Of a stretch of 64,000 bases of DNA, positions 44,446 through 59,060 are shown piece by piece. The notes below the pieces were generated by a model. It saw nothing but the letters and a program-made list of their open reading frames with translations, was not told where the DNA came from and did no database searches. The stretch is from Eledone cirrhosa (Eukaryota): contig OZ024741.1 in NCBI GenBank assembly GCA_964016885.1, positions 343,294,001 to 343,358,000 of the forward strand, written 5' to 3'. A program made the position numbers and the translations under genes. Numbering within the stretch: position 1 is the first letter of the stretch; every line of letters begins with the position of its first letter.

Positions 44446-44985
44446 GAGAGAGAGAGAGATGACCAATATATCGTATAAAGAAGATTTTTTCATTGGAATT
44501 TAAACATAAACTAGATAAATAGATATGTATGTCTATGTTTTGAGTTATATGTGTACACATGTATATGTTTCTGTATGTATACATGTGTTTATATAGTAAT
44601 TACATGTTCAATTTCTGAAATTTTTTACATATTTTTACAGTCCTGTTAATGGACTGTACTTGTAACTTCCTAACTAGCTGTGATCATTCTCGTTCTGTGA
44701 GGTCCAGCGTGTACTGATACACACACACAGTAACATTCCAGAGCCTTAATTATCACAGGTACAAATCTAAAGATATTTTAAGAGTGTAGTGTCTTCAGAA
44801 TCCTCATTTGTTCAGCATAAATGATTTACTTTTCGCTAATGTTTAGCATTATATTGACATCTGCTGGGCAGCAGTGCATGATTTTCTTTCCCTATCCCAT
44901 ATCATTATGTCTGGTCTGTTATTATTGCATTGTATTGGGGCTTTGACCGGAAGATCCCACCAGTACTTTTTATATACATAGATAT
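43738..44985 (-). mobile_element. Two tandem 3' ends of an RLE-endonuclease LINE (R4/Dong-like), each ending at (CATA)n
   Basis: KYWWDLPVK..NRPDIMIWD, YAELMRNLQILHPDY...PVIIGALG...GTVKICKTF. Copies at 43738-44206 and 44305-44985. A third 3' UTR relic lies at 23085-23425. Confidence 0.8.
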
Positions 44986-45099
44986 ATAAGCCATACACTG
45001 TAACTTGATGTTTGTAATCACTCGACGTTTCCGTTGATGAATTCGTTTCAGTTTCCAACGATGACACGATAGAAGTTATACAAAGCGACATAGGCAGCT

Positions 45100-45350
45100 C
45101 GGGTCCTGTTCTTGAGAAGTCTTTCTCGGAGTTAGGTTGTGTGGAGAGTAGAGTCTTCAGATACTGGAATTGGTCGACTTTTTCTAGTGGTATATTCGAG
45201 AGGCTGTGCAAGTATTTTGGTTTTCGAGTTGATTGTCAGACCGAAAAGATCATACGCGCTTTTGAAATTGATAACTGATTCCTGCATTTCTTCAAGCTGA
45301 CGAGGCATTTTCGTTGATGTATTGCATCCAGTTCAGTAAGAGTCCTGTCG
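45100..45350 (-). mobile_element. Decayed RTE LINE RT fragment
   Basis: MQESV..F..AYDLFGLTIN..ILAQ..IPLEKVDQFQYL. Confidence 0.6.
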
Positions 45351-45496
45351 GTCAGTCTTAGTGATTGTGGTCAGGGCAGATTGTAGTTATTTTCACACGC
45401 TTAGATCTTTCCAAGAACATGGCTGAATGTCTAGGGGTGTAAGGACCAGTGTTTGAGCAAGGACTATTTGTTGTGTATCACTCATTGACAGGTGCT

Positions 45497-45534
<38 letters not shown>

Positions 45535-45783
45535 TATCCTTCTATGTTGTTTACTTGTCCCCCGCGCCTTACGCGAATTCTGGTCCCAATAACTTTTTTT
45601 AGTTATAGCTCGCACCAACCTGAGGTATCTGATTTTTAAAGCGATGAAATACCAATGATGGTTGGAAAATCACTGACGAAGGTCTATTTTTATCATATGT
45701 AACCCATGTGCAAACCACGTAGTATTCTTCTTTCTTCTCATGTTTTATATATATATATATTAATGAGGTAGAAGTCATTAATA

Positions 45784-46325
45784 TACGAGGGTGCGTCAAA
45801 AAGTTTGTGGAAAAAAGACAGTTGGAACGAAAAAACGGTTTAAGTAATGTTTATTTTTCAACGTATGCTCCATCTAGGTCAATACACTTCTGCAAGCGTT
45901 GATAGCAGCCTTTAAGTCCATCTGTGTAAAACTGAGGGCCATCTGATTTAAATTATGTCAAAGCAGCTTTTTTTACATCTTCAACCTCATCTCTTCCGCT
46001 TCTAAAACGACTTATCCATTTGTACGTTGTATTTCTTTGGGGTATTGTCCCCATAAGCTTGCTCCAGTGCGTCAATTATTTGGCTGCTCTGCCACTCTAG
46101 CTTCACCATGAATTTGATGTTTTCAGGGAGGCCATGCTGCTCGAACGGATGCTAACTTCCGACTGGTGGCGCCGCGTTGCAACATGCATATAAAGGTTCA
46201 TGTTAGAACATGTTAATACGCGAACGAACACGTTAATACGCGAACGAACAGGTGCATTGAGATCAAAATCCCGACATGATTTTTAGCTATGTACTTTTCC
46301 ACGAACGTTTTGAAGCCCACTCATA
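45784..46325 (-). mobile_element. Internally deleted mariner transposon
   Basis: Imperfect TIRs TACGAGGGTGCGTCAAAAAGTTTGTGGAAAA / TTTTCCACGAACGTTTTGAAGCCCACTCATA with TA ends. Transposase C-terminus FYTDGLKGCYQRLQKCIDLDGAYVEK*. Confidence 0.85.
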
Positions 46326-46442
46326 CACACCCTTTATCTCATAATGCATTGAGTACTATTCTAATATCATCCTGGACGTCGCACCGCAAATTCTCTCTGT
46401 CGCTCTCTCTCTCTGTCTATGTACATACATCATATGTATATG

Positions 46443-47260
<818 letters not shown>

Positions 47261-48724
47261 GAACAGAAATGACGGATATATATACATAATTATTTACACA
47301 CACACACACATATAGAATGTCCACCCCAGACCGTCATTTATGAGTTAGGGTCTAATCTTCTACCCCCCCCCCCCCCACCTCTGTCTCTCTCTTTTTCTCT
47401 CTCTCTATATATATATCCGTAACTCATTGTGGAGTCGTAGGGGAACAGTAGTGACATACAGTGTTTATCGGGCATTCTAAAAGCTGGCGGAGCCCCTCTT
47501 CTTCCCAGGTATGAGAGAGACTGAAAGAAAGTGAGAAAGGTAAAGTTGACGTTGGCACGATTTGAATTCAGGGCTCAGAATCGGCACAGATACTGCAAAG
47601 CATTCTGTTTAATGTTCTCACGGGTCTGCCATTTCAAACTGTGTTTCCTTCATATACCAGCCGAAATTATAAACAAACAAAAATAAACAGCAATTGCTTC
47701 ATGCTAAGAAGCCCTATAAGATATAATATTTTAAGTAACTCCAAAAACATTGAATATGTATATGATAGAATTTAAAACTATTGTAAATATTTAAGCAAAA
47801 AGTAAAGAGAAGAAAGGTGATCAACATATGTTATTACAGAGAATATCGTGCAAATCATTCCAAACAACCAGTCTTCGGCAGTACGTATGTGTGTGAAAAT
47901 AATAATTTCACATTTATGCAAAAAGCCAGCAAATTGAAGGCAGGGAAATATCAATTGCATCGATACCAATTCATTTCTCATAATTTATTTTTATCGATTT
48001 AGAAGGATAAAAGGCAAAGTTGTTGGTGGGATTGGAACTCAGATGGTAAAGTGCCGGAACAAACATTGCAAAATAGTTTATCTGACTTCTTAATGACTCT
48101 GCAAGACCAACATTCTACACTGGTTCATATTCAGTGGTGACAGTCAAGTTTGCAATTTTCAAATGTATTGAGATGGCTAAAATCTGTGCCTTATATACAG
48201 TAAAAAGGGGCTACAGAATCCTAATTTTGCAAACTATATTTCGAGCAATCGGTGTGTGGTTTCACTAGATTACTGAAGCTGATTGGTTTAGACGTCACGA
48301 CTGGTTGAGCATGTCTAACGAATTCTATTTGACCCTATCCAAAGCATCAATTGTTTTGCTATTTTTAGAAATGATGAAACTAGCATTTTCCAGGGTTTTA
48401 TAAAAAGAATCTTCAGTAATCATCAACATCAACATCACTTTTATTGGTGGTTTGGCCGTATTGGTAGAGGGTCGGACGCCATGCTTTGCAGCAAAGAGTT
48501 ACGTCCTTTTATGGTGTGAGTTCAAATCCCGCCGAGGTTAACCTTGCCTTTCATCCTTACGGGGTCGATAAAATAAAGCACCAGTAATACACTGGGATAA
48601 TCGCTGGCCTTGTGCCAAATGTAGAAACAATTATTATTATTGTTGTTGTTGTTGTTAGTGGTGGTAGTCGACATGGTCGTAGGCGCAGTCATAGTAGAAG
48701 TAATACCCCTAAGCATTATTATTG

Positions 48725-51460
48725 TTAATTTAGCTTGGGTTGGAATTTATCAATAAAATTCTTTTCTTTAATTTTTCTCTTGATTTCACTTGGGCTGTAT
48801 AGTTTGTAGAATGGAAATATTATAAATATTTTCTGACCACATGTTGCTAGATGGTTACTCAGGGGGTATCTGACGGACATTTAGGTCTCTGATTTGCTGT
48901 CGGTGCACCGTGCACGTTCCGATAGTGCATTTCCAGTTTGACCGACATATAGTTCTTCACAATTCGGGCATTTAATGCAGTAAATTAGATTTCTGCTTTT
49001 GCAGTTAATATTTGCCTTTGGGAATATTTTTCCAGTTTTTGTGTTCATATATTGACCAGTGTGTATGAACTGACATGTGCCACATCGACTACCATTGCAT
49101 TTAGATACAGTGAATGATTGGTTTTTGTTGGTAAGGTCAAACTTTGCCTTTGTTAGTAATTGCTTCAAATTTTTCGGCTATCTTTTACTAAGAATCAAAG
49201 CTCGGTCTGTGATTAAACCTTTTAATTCATTACTTTCAGCAATGATCGGTAGGTTTGCTTTGGCAGTGTTGAAGATATTCTGGTGACATGGGTTGTGTGT
49301 CATTATAAATGGTATGACCAGTTCTTGGTTTCTTCTTCCTTGGGTTGTCCTAAGTTGTTGTATAGGTATTATTATAGCCCGCTGTATACCATTTTCTATA
49401 AGTAGAGATGGGTATTTTTGTTTGAGCAAACATTCTCTCAGTTCTGTTAGGCGTTTGTTCCTGGTATTCGTATCTTCTACAATGGTACAAATTCGTCTGG
49501 CTAGGCAGTATGGGAAGTTGCGTTTTGTATGAGCTGGATGGCACGACTTAAAATTAAGATATTGATGGGTGTCTGTGTGTTTATAGTATATATCCGTGGT
49601 AATAGTGGTGTCGTTTTTTATTACCATTATATCTAGGAATGGTTATTTGGTACTACTCATCTCTTTTGTAAATTGGAGTGATGGTTGTAGGTTATTCAGG
49701 AGGATATTGAACTCATCCAGAGTATCTAGAGATTCTGTCCAGATGATGAAACAGTCGTCAAGGTATCTCTTCCAAGACTTTTCAACGCAGTTTCTAAATT
49801 AAGTGCTATATTTTCCTCTATTTCTTGGTAGAGTTGTTGTTCTAAGTATCCCATTACAGAGTTCGCGTAAACGGGAGCAACTTCGTTCTCATCGCTGTGC
49901 CTCTAATTTGGATGTAACTCTTTCCATTGAAGAAGACAGTGTTGTTTTCCAGAATAAGTCTGATATAAATGGCGCTGTGAATCTGGTGGGAATCACTACT
50001 CTATGTTATTCCACCCAGTATTTAACCGCCTTTATTCCTAAATCATGTGTAATGTTGGTGTAAATGCTTACCACATCAAAACTAAGTAGAAGTGAATTCG
50101 TTTCCGTGGTTTTGGGAAGATGGGACAGGAAGTCGATATCATCCCGGATGAGACTGGGTATGTGAATACATAATGGTTTCAAAATATTTTTTCTGCTTTT
50201 GGCACAAGGCCAGCAATTACCCAGTGCATTACTGGTACTTTATTTTATCGACCTGCGTAAGGATGAAAGGCAAAATCAACCTCGGCGGGATTTGAACTCA
50301 GATCGTTAAGGGACGCAACTATCCTGGAAAGCATGGCGTCCAACCCTCTACCGATACTGCCAATCCACCGCCTTTGGTTTCAAAATAATGTTAACAAAAT
50401 TGCTTACACGGTGAGAAGGGCATGTTGGACCAGCTATAAAAGGTCTAAGTTTTAAGTATTTTGGGTGCAGTAATTTAATGTACTCACTTTTTTGTTCTTT
50501 CACTGCCAGTTGGATTTCTTTTGACTTATGAATTTTCGGTAAGCCATAAAAGTTGCTGGGTTTTGGCTCAAATTTGGTGATAATTGTGATTATTAATTAT
50601 CAGTAAGGGAGTTGTAGTATTTTGAAGCCAGGTTGTTGATCTTCTTCATGATGTTGTGGTCTATATTTGACGGTATTTCATGATAGAATGTTGTGTCTTT
50701 CAGTTGTTCCTCACCCAAATCTTTGTAGTATTCAGCATCCATTAAAACAACTGCATCCCCTTTATCTGCTTGTTTAATTATTATTGTTTTATCATTTTGT
50801 ATACGTTTAAGTGCAACAATTTCCGATTTGTTAATGTTTGGCCTAACATTAGTATCACGTCTAAGAGGGAATTTAGACAGGATATCAATGTATTGGTCGA
50901 GATAGATATTTCTTTCTTTTTGCGGAGTGAAATTTGATTTATTCTTTACTAGTGATTCATCACTCTCATTACTTTTATCAGCGAAGAATTCTACAAGTCG
51001 TAATTTACGACAGAATTCTTGGGTATTCTCCTTTAGTTCTTGATGGTTGACTGTTGGTGTCGGTGTGAATTTCAGTCCTTTTGACAGAATTTGCATTTCG
51101 TCATTGTAAAGATCTCTTTTGGATAAATTAACTATTTTAGGATCTACGTGTACAGTTGTTTTCGGTATGTTTCCTCCTGGAGTTTTTCTTTTTCCGGTTT
51201 TTGTTGAAGTTAAAAAATGGATTTTTCTCTGATCAAGATTTATATTCCTGTTGGTGTTTGCTTGATGACCTTTTGGTCATGATATTATACTTAGTTTCGT
51301 TGTTTTGTGTCCAATTTTTGGTATTATGTATATTATTTTTTCCATTTCTTGTTAGCATTGTTTTTAACAATCTGGGAAAATGACCTAAATTTACCTAGGT
51401 TTGCTTTCAGGTTTAGATCGTTTTTTTGCCCAGTTTCTTCTGGGTAATCTCTGTTGAGAT
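48725..51460 (-). mobile_element. Decayed near-full-length PLE ORF (Neptune/Nematis-like RT + GIY-YIG)
   Basis: Motifs LSKGLKFTPTP, IIKQADKGDAVV, RYLDDCFIIW (near 49740-49770), TDIYYKHTDTHQYL..SCHP, CNGSRCGTC, LIYCIKCPNCEELYVGQT, ending FQPKLN*. Multiple stops and frameshifts. The 5' end abuts (TA)n. Confidence 0.9.
50187..50374 (-). mobile_element. tRNA-derived SINE inserted into the PLE RT, with 13-bp TSD
   Basis: TGGTTTCAAAATA at 50174-50186 and 50375-50387 flanks the SINE body. Confidence 0.9.
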
Positions 51461-51474
51461 AAATATATATGTAC

Positions 51475-51613
<139 letters not shown>

Positions 51614-51630
51614 TCTCTCTCTCTCTCTCC

Positions 51631-51663
<33 letters not shown>

Positions 51664-51794
51664 TATATAAATATATACATATGTATATATGCATATATAT
51701 AAATATATACATATATATATATATACATATATACATATATACATACTTTTATATATATATATATATATAGATATATATACACACACACATATAT

Positions 51795-51871
<77 letters not shown>

Positions 51872-51924
51872 ATCTAGATTGCATATTCAATAAATATGGA
51901 TTTCTTAAACTTCCTGACTTCCCT

Positions 51925-52000
<76 letters not shown>

Positions 52001-52249
52001 TGTATATATATATATATATGGTATTAAATAAATAGAAACTATATTTATAAAACCATATTTATTTCGTTATATATATTTCAGGGATATCATATTAACAATA
52101 TGTTATGCCATCTTCAGACAAAATACAATATAAACAGTCTTATAAATAAATAGATACGACATACCTTTCAATCACCTTGCATTTGGGAGGTTGATTTGGC
52201 AGTAAAAAATATTGTGGACAGTTGTGAAAAGAAAGAGATAAAGAGAGAA

Positions 52250-53591
52250 ATATTATCGGCTAGGAAAACATTGATAGAATTTAATGGCCAACTATGGACT
52301 CGAGCAGATAGAGATAACAATTTTGACATTACTATGGGATCATCCGACTCAGCTCAGGTAACTGACCTTGTGGGCTTATTTTTAATCAATTCGCTGCATA
52401 GGAAAATACCTGGTACTACCGGAGGTTTATATAGAGATGACATGCTTTTACTTATTGATAATAATAACTCTGAACTAAATAGAAAAAGAAAACAAATTAC
52501 ACAATTTTTTAATCACTTTAATCTAAAAATAGAAATTGAGAATAACCATAGAATAGTCAACTTCCTAGATATAACATTAAATCTCAACACATGTCTTCAC
52601 TATCCATTTCACAAGTTGAATGAAAACTTAAACTATGTCAGCTTTAACTCTAACCACCCCAAATCTGTTAAAAATACTATAGTAAACTCTGTTCAATCAC
52701 GTATCTCTAGAATCTCATCTAATAAAAAGATTTTCGACGAAAAAGCCCATTATTACAATGAAGCGTTAGCTAGAGCAGGATATAGTGATAAAATTATGTA
52801 CATAGATAATGATAAACAAATTAAACAAAATAACAACTATTTTAATTATGGCCACAACCTTAACAACTATAATAGAAAGCATTACAATAATTCCAAAAGC
52901 CATAAAAGAAATAGAACTAGGAATATAATATGGTTTGCCCCCCCCTTTCTCACTAAACATTAAAACCCACATTGCTAAACTATTTTTTAAAGCTCTCGAT
53001 AATCGCTTCCCTAGAACACATAGGTATCACTCAATTTTCAATAGACATACTATAAAACTAACCTACTCATCCACCAAAAATTTAGCGCAAAATATTAATA
53101 GAATAAATAACAGGAACTTAAAACCTAGCGATAATAGCATAAATAATATCCAAGTTAACAAATGTAACTGTAGAGATAGATCTAAATGTCCGTTAAATAA
53201 CAACTGCTTAGTTAAAAATATAATATACAACTGTAATGTTAAAACGGACGTTAATTCTTTTAACTACGTTGGTTCTACATCGACGGAATTTAAACTTCGC
53301 TATAACAACCACAAGAATTCTTTCACAGATCCATCCAAAAAATCTTCAACAGCACTATCAGGCGTACTCTGGCAACTTAGGCATGATAACGTTAGATATT
53401 CGACGACTTGGAATATAGTTTCAAGTGGGATTCCTTTTAATTCATCCTCTGAGACATGTGACCTCTGTGCGGAGGAGATATTCTTTATACTAAAATCTAA
53501 AAATTCCCTTAATCTACGGACAAATTTATTCAGTTGCTGCAGACATAGATTGAACTCAACGTTTAAATATAAATTTAAATTTAAAATGTAG
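52250..53591 (+). pseudogene. PLE reverse transcriptase (C-terminal half) plus GIY-YIG endonuclease, split by one frameshift near 52940
   Basis: Motifs FDITMGSSDSAQVTDLVG, GLYRDD, VNFLDITL, YVSFNSNHP, IIWFAPPF; then CNC..CPL..C, IIYNC..YVGST..FKLRYNNHK, CDLC..E..LNLRTNLFSCCRHR. The frame changes in the C8 run at 52938-52945. The track ORF start at 52196 lies in the inverted arm and is not a real start. Confidence 0.9.
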
Positions 53592-54514
53592 TTATGTTTG
53601 TTTTGATTTGATTTGTAATTATTTATGAAACTAGCCGATAAATCTTTCGATTTCTTCTTTTTCTTTTTTTCTTTATACTTCTCTGATATTTTTATTTTTA
53701 TTTTTATTTTTATTTTTATTAATATATTGAAATCTGTTCTCTATTTCTGCTTGATCGACAATCATGTAGAATAAAGACAAGAATAGTATTGTTAAAATTA
53801 ATATAGACTCTATATATATGTGTATATATACACACATATATGTATACTTGAATTTTTATAGCACAATGAGAATGTTTTCGTGTGAATTGGGAGTTTGTTT
53901 ATAATTATGATATAAACATATGAATTTTTAAAAACTAGACATAAGATCATTACTTTTCACACATTATAGATACATGTCTCATTCATGAATACTGGTACTT
54001 ACATTATAATGCCTGTTTTATACGAACTAATATTTTCTACGGATAAAACATAGCGGTTTTAAATTCTGCATCGTTTATGTCTGGTTGTGTTTCATTTTCT
54101 CTTTTTCATTTTCTCTTTTTTCTCTCTATATAACGGCTATTTTCTCTCTTAACTACATACATCTCTCTTTACATTAATACTAGAGCTAAATAAATAAATA
54201 AATAAATAAATAAATGTATCAACCGATACTCAACTTCCTAATTTCTCTATCTATCTCTATCTCTTTCTTTTTTCCTCTCTCTATATATATTTCTCTCTGT
54301 TTCTTTACATGAAGTTCTTCTCTTTATCTATCTTTCTATATCCCTCTATTTAGTCACATGCATTTCTTCTTTTTCTTCGTTTCTCTTTCTTTCTCTCTTT
54401 ATCTCTTTCTTTTCACAACTGTCCACAATATTTTTTACTGCCAAATCAACCTCCCAAATGCAAGGTGATTGAAAGGTATGTCGTATCTATTTATTTATAA
54501 GACTGTTTATATTG

Positions 54515-54580
54515 TATTTTGACTGAAGATGGCATAACATATTGTTAATATGATATCCCTGAAATATATATAACGAAATA
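54515..54580 (+). ncRNA. Minimal type I hammerhead ribozyme in the PLE 3' region (inverted copy 52060-52125)
   Basis: TATTTTG(T/A)-CTGAAGA-stem II-GAAA-TATATA-TA-ACGAAATA. Stem I is 8 bp in the left copy. Palindromic stem III. Confidence 0.75.
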
Positions 54581-54708
54581 AATATGGTTTTATAAATATA
54601 GTTTCCATTTATTTAATATCATAAATATTCTCTAAATACTTGTTGAGTGCTTTTATATCAGTTATAAATATTTACTCGTTGTTAACCCAACAATTTAAAT
54701 ATAACTTT

Positions 54709-54799
<91 letters not shown>

Positions 54800-54811
54800 C
54801 ATATTTATATT

Positions 54812-54924
<113 letters not shown>

Positions 54925-55748
54925 TTATATTTCTATATGTGTGTGTGTAATTTCACAAACATAGATGCAACAATGTGTTCACACGTACACGGAGGCAGCC
55001 ACATTCCTAATTCCAGCATAGAAATGTAATATATAGAGAAATGGATAAATATATACTATATATATGTATCTTTTAGCAGCCACCTACCAATTATTTATTG
55101 TTGACTCCTGCGGTGTGTCGATCACGTACCTCACTTGGAACGGCCGACTGAAGATACGTTAATGATGGAATACATGTGCTTTACGGGCTTAGAGCGATTC
55201 ATGCGTACATCTACTATACGTCTTGCACACATTTACCTTTAACTCTCACACACTCAGTCTCTCTCATGCATATACACTCATACACACATGCATATAAATA
55301 TATATACAGATACATATATGTATATATATGTATATATATGTATATATAGATATAGTGTACATATATATATATATGTATGTATAGATATACGTATATATAT
55401 AATATATATATGTATATATACGTATATATGTTATATATTATATACACATATATATGTGTGTATATATACATATATATTATATATACATATATATACATAT
55501 ATATATATATGTATATATACATATATATATGTACATATTTCTATATGCACATATAATATATATATGTATATATATATATACACAAACACATATATACGAA
55601 ATATTTATACACATATATAAATATGTATATATATAGATATACATACACACATACACACATATGTATATATATACACATATATACATATATATATATATAT
55701 ATTTATATAATATGTATATAATATGTATATAATATGTATATATTATAT

Positions 55749-55800
<52 letters not shown>

Positions 55801-56017
55801 CATATACGTATATATATACATATACGTATACAATATGTATACGTATATATACATATATATATAATATATATACGTATATATATATATATGTGTCCGCGTG
55901 CTTATATGTATGCATGCATGGATGCATGTATATATACACACATACTTATATATGTATATATATATATATGTGTGTATGCATATATGTGTGTGTATGCGTA
56001 TATGTATGCATATGTGC

Positions 56018-56086
<69 letters not shown>

Positions 56087-56181
56087 ATCAATCGTGCAGA
56101 ATTTGCCCACAAGTGTACATTGGGTACTTCATTATTTTTTCCGAACGTAGACCTATGAGCGTACAGGTCATGTATATATTC

Positions 56182-56253
<72 letters not shown>

Positions 56254-56270
56254 ATATATATGTGTGTGTG

Positions 56271-56322
<52 letters not shown>

Positions 56323-56687
56323 CATATTGGTATAAACACACGTGTACATACACACACACATACACACTAACAAGCACACATGGAAACATGTATATATTCA
56401 TTTGGTGGTAGGTCTAAACCACGTCTACTCACGCATGCTCATACATATACAGACGTTACATGAGATGCTTCGTCTTCCTTCATACACTTCAGTCGTGAGA
56501 AATAGTTTCACACCAGCCGAACTCTGGACTCTCACACTGTGCAGTGGAATATGTGTGAAACTATGCTGATTGGTGGATAATGAGATTAGACCTGCAGGAG
56601 CCAATTTGATTGGTCATATCGATGTGGATAATGGGAGAACACGTTTGGGAAAGTTGTGGAAAATAAAAAGATAGAGCGAGAGAGAAG

Positions 56688-56735
<48 letters not shown>

Positions 56736-56913
56736 GAGAGTGAGAGAGAGAGAGAGTGAGAGAGAGAGAAGAGATGAAGACAAAGACAAAGGAAAAGAAA
56801 ACGAAAAAGAAAAAAGAACGAGGAAGAAAAGGAGGAAGAAGGGAACAAGAAAATAATGTTAAACACGTGTATAAATTGTGATAGAAAGTGACAGGGTTAA
56901 ACAATAAGACAAA

Positions 56914-56952
<39 letters not shown>

Positions 56953-56954
56953 TT

Positions 56955-57447
56955 AATTCAAGAAAGAAGAGTGACATGGTTGGCTATACAATAGGGGCTT
57001 TATTCACATTGCTGACAATTGTTTCTTTGATCTGGTAGGTCTAGAGATCACTACTCGCTTCATGTTGCGTCAATCAATCTCTACTACTTTGTTTATAACC
57101 AGTCGTTTCATCAGAGCGTTGGAAACGACTGGTTATAAACAAAGTATTGGAGATCGATTGACGCAACATCAAGCGAGTAGCGAACTCTAGACCTACCAGA
57201 TCAAAGAAACAACTGTCAGCAATGTGAATAAAGCCTTTATTGTATATCCAACCATGTTACTCTTCTTTCTTGAATTATTATTACTCCAAGTATAAACTAC
57301 ATAGAAACTACCGCGAACTTGCAACATCACTATGGAAACGTTTTGTTGAGTCAAACTAAGTCATACGTTAATACTATCCACAATACGGAGTACTCTAACT
57401 GGACTACATCTAAGTGGACTACCTATAACGATAACTTGTTATCCCGT
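56955..57447 (+). mobile_element. Family N foldback (about 155-bp arms plus 170-nt tail), HHR on minus strand at 57011-57117
   Basis: 56955-57109 is inverted relative to 57122-57277. GCT-CTGATGA-(~85 nt)-GAAACAATTGTC-AGC. Confidence 0.8.
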
Positions 57448-57454
57448 ATATATA

Positions 57455-57560
<106 letters not shown>

Positions 57561-57942
57561 ATATATATTCACAACCGGAGTGGACTAGAATGAAAACTTG
57601 TTGACGAAGTAAATTCCTCTGGTCTATCTTCCAAAACCAATAACTTGCAGGCCCCTGCAAATGGATTTTGTTGATTTCGAATTTACAGAAACCTAGCAGA
57701 GATATTATATAATATCAACGCGATGGTCCAGGTTTGTCATATTTTCCTGAGTCAGTTTTTTTCTTTGCTTTGGTCACTACGGCTCGCTTATCGGTCGCTG
57801 TCTTCAATTTGAAAAGCTTTCTAAACGTAATGTTATAACTCTAAGGTGATATACATTATTGAGTGCTTAGATGCACATCCCGATTGCATCTGTTAGCTTA
57901 GCTGCAACCAGAGCTTCGATTATGGTGTACTAACTTTTGTAT

Positions 57943-57989
<47 letters not shown>

Positions 57990-58006
57990 CATACATACAT
58001 ACACAC

Positions 58007-58121
<115 letters not shown>

Positions 58122-58161
58122 TATGTGTGTGTGTGTATATATGTATATATGTATATATGTA

Positions 58162-58257
<96 letters not shown>

Positions 58258-58277
58258 TATGAGTGTTTGAGTGTGTT

Positions 58278-58343
<66 letters not shown>

Positions 58344-58845
58344 CGTGTATGTATGAATGAGTGTGTGTGTGTTTGTTTGGAAATAAGATCCGCAAGATTT
58401 CAGAATTGCACATCCTTTCTCTCATCAATTCGAAGTGAAATTCATTAAAATTGCTCGACAACTAATTATAAATAATTATAAATAATCGGAGAAACACTTA
58501 CTGCATAAGTCTAAGTTGATATAACACAAAGGAAAAACTAATTCCTGATACAACATATATTTCGTTACTTCCAGCTCAACGTTCCTTCCGTGTTAAATAT
58601 TTCTTTGTGTGACCATTAACTGCAGGAAAGTATGCAGAAGAGACGATACTCTCTGAATCTAGTGAACACACGTACACACACATATATATATATTATCAGT
58701 CGCTCGCGTGTGGCTGGACACATACATGCGAGCAGGGACGGATAAATGAACAAAAACATGCGGGTTTATATCCAAGTGAAATTAATCTCCTTTTTTGATT
58801 CTCTTGAAAATGAAATTTCTACCTGTATTAATTACGTGTTAATAT

Positions 58846-59060
58846 AAGGGCGGTGGACTGGCAGTACCGGTAGAGTCGGACACCATGCTTTGCAGCATAA
58901 AGTTACAGTCCTTTACGGTCTGAGTTCACATCCCGCCGAGGTTAACTTTGCCTTTCATCCTTACGAGGTCGATAAAATAAAGCACCAGTAACGTACAGGG
59001 GTCGATTCAATCGACTTTCCCCGCCCCCAAATTACTGGCCTTGTGCCTATTCTAGAAATA
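58846..59060 (+). mobile_element. Full-length tRNA-SINE, representative of the most abundant family (central domain resembles the Meta domain)
   Basis: Pol III B-box-like GAGTTCACATCCC, then GTTAACTTTGCCTTTCATCC..GGTCGATAAAATAAAG.ACCAG. Other copies at about 1660-1760, 8478-8825, 11590-11776, 18678-18782, 22865-23080, 30860-31000, 47985-48110, 48445-48630, 50187-50374, 59080-59320, 63507-63700 and 63960-64000. Confidence 0.8.

Larger units (their letters stand above)
52022..54710 (+). mobile_element. 5'-truncated Penelope-like element (Hydra-clade-like) with inverted pseudo-LTR, inserted in (TA)n
   Basis: RT and GIY-YIG ORFs inside. 52022-52250 is the reverse complement of 54390-54618. About 90 nt of tail follows to 54710. 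(TA)n on both sides. Confidence 0.9.

Noticed and set aside
49803-50063. Plus-strand ORFs over 49077-50063
   Set aside because: Antisense shadows of the minus-strand PLE RT.
52196-52250. Apparent N-terminus of the RT ORF
   Set aside because: It lies in the inverted copy of the 3' UTR. The element is 5'-truncated.
55145-55190. CTGAAGA HHR-like start; similar partial cores at 45672-45725, 7700-7735 (minus) and 11850-11872 (minus)
   Set aside because: GAAA or the stems are missing or poor. They may be decayed but are not supportable.
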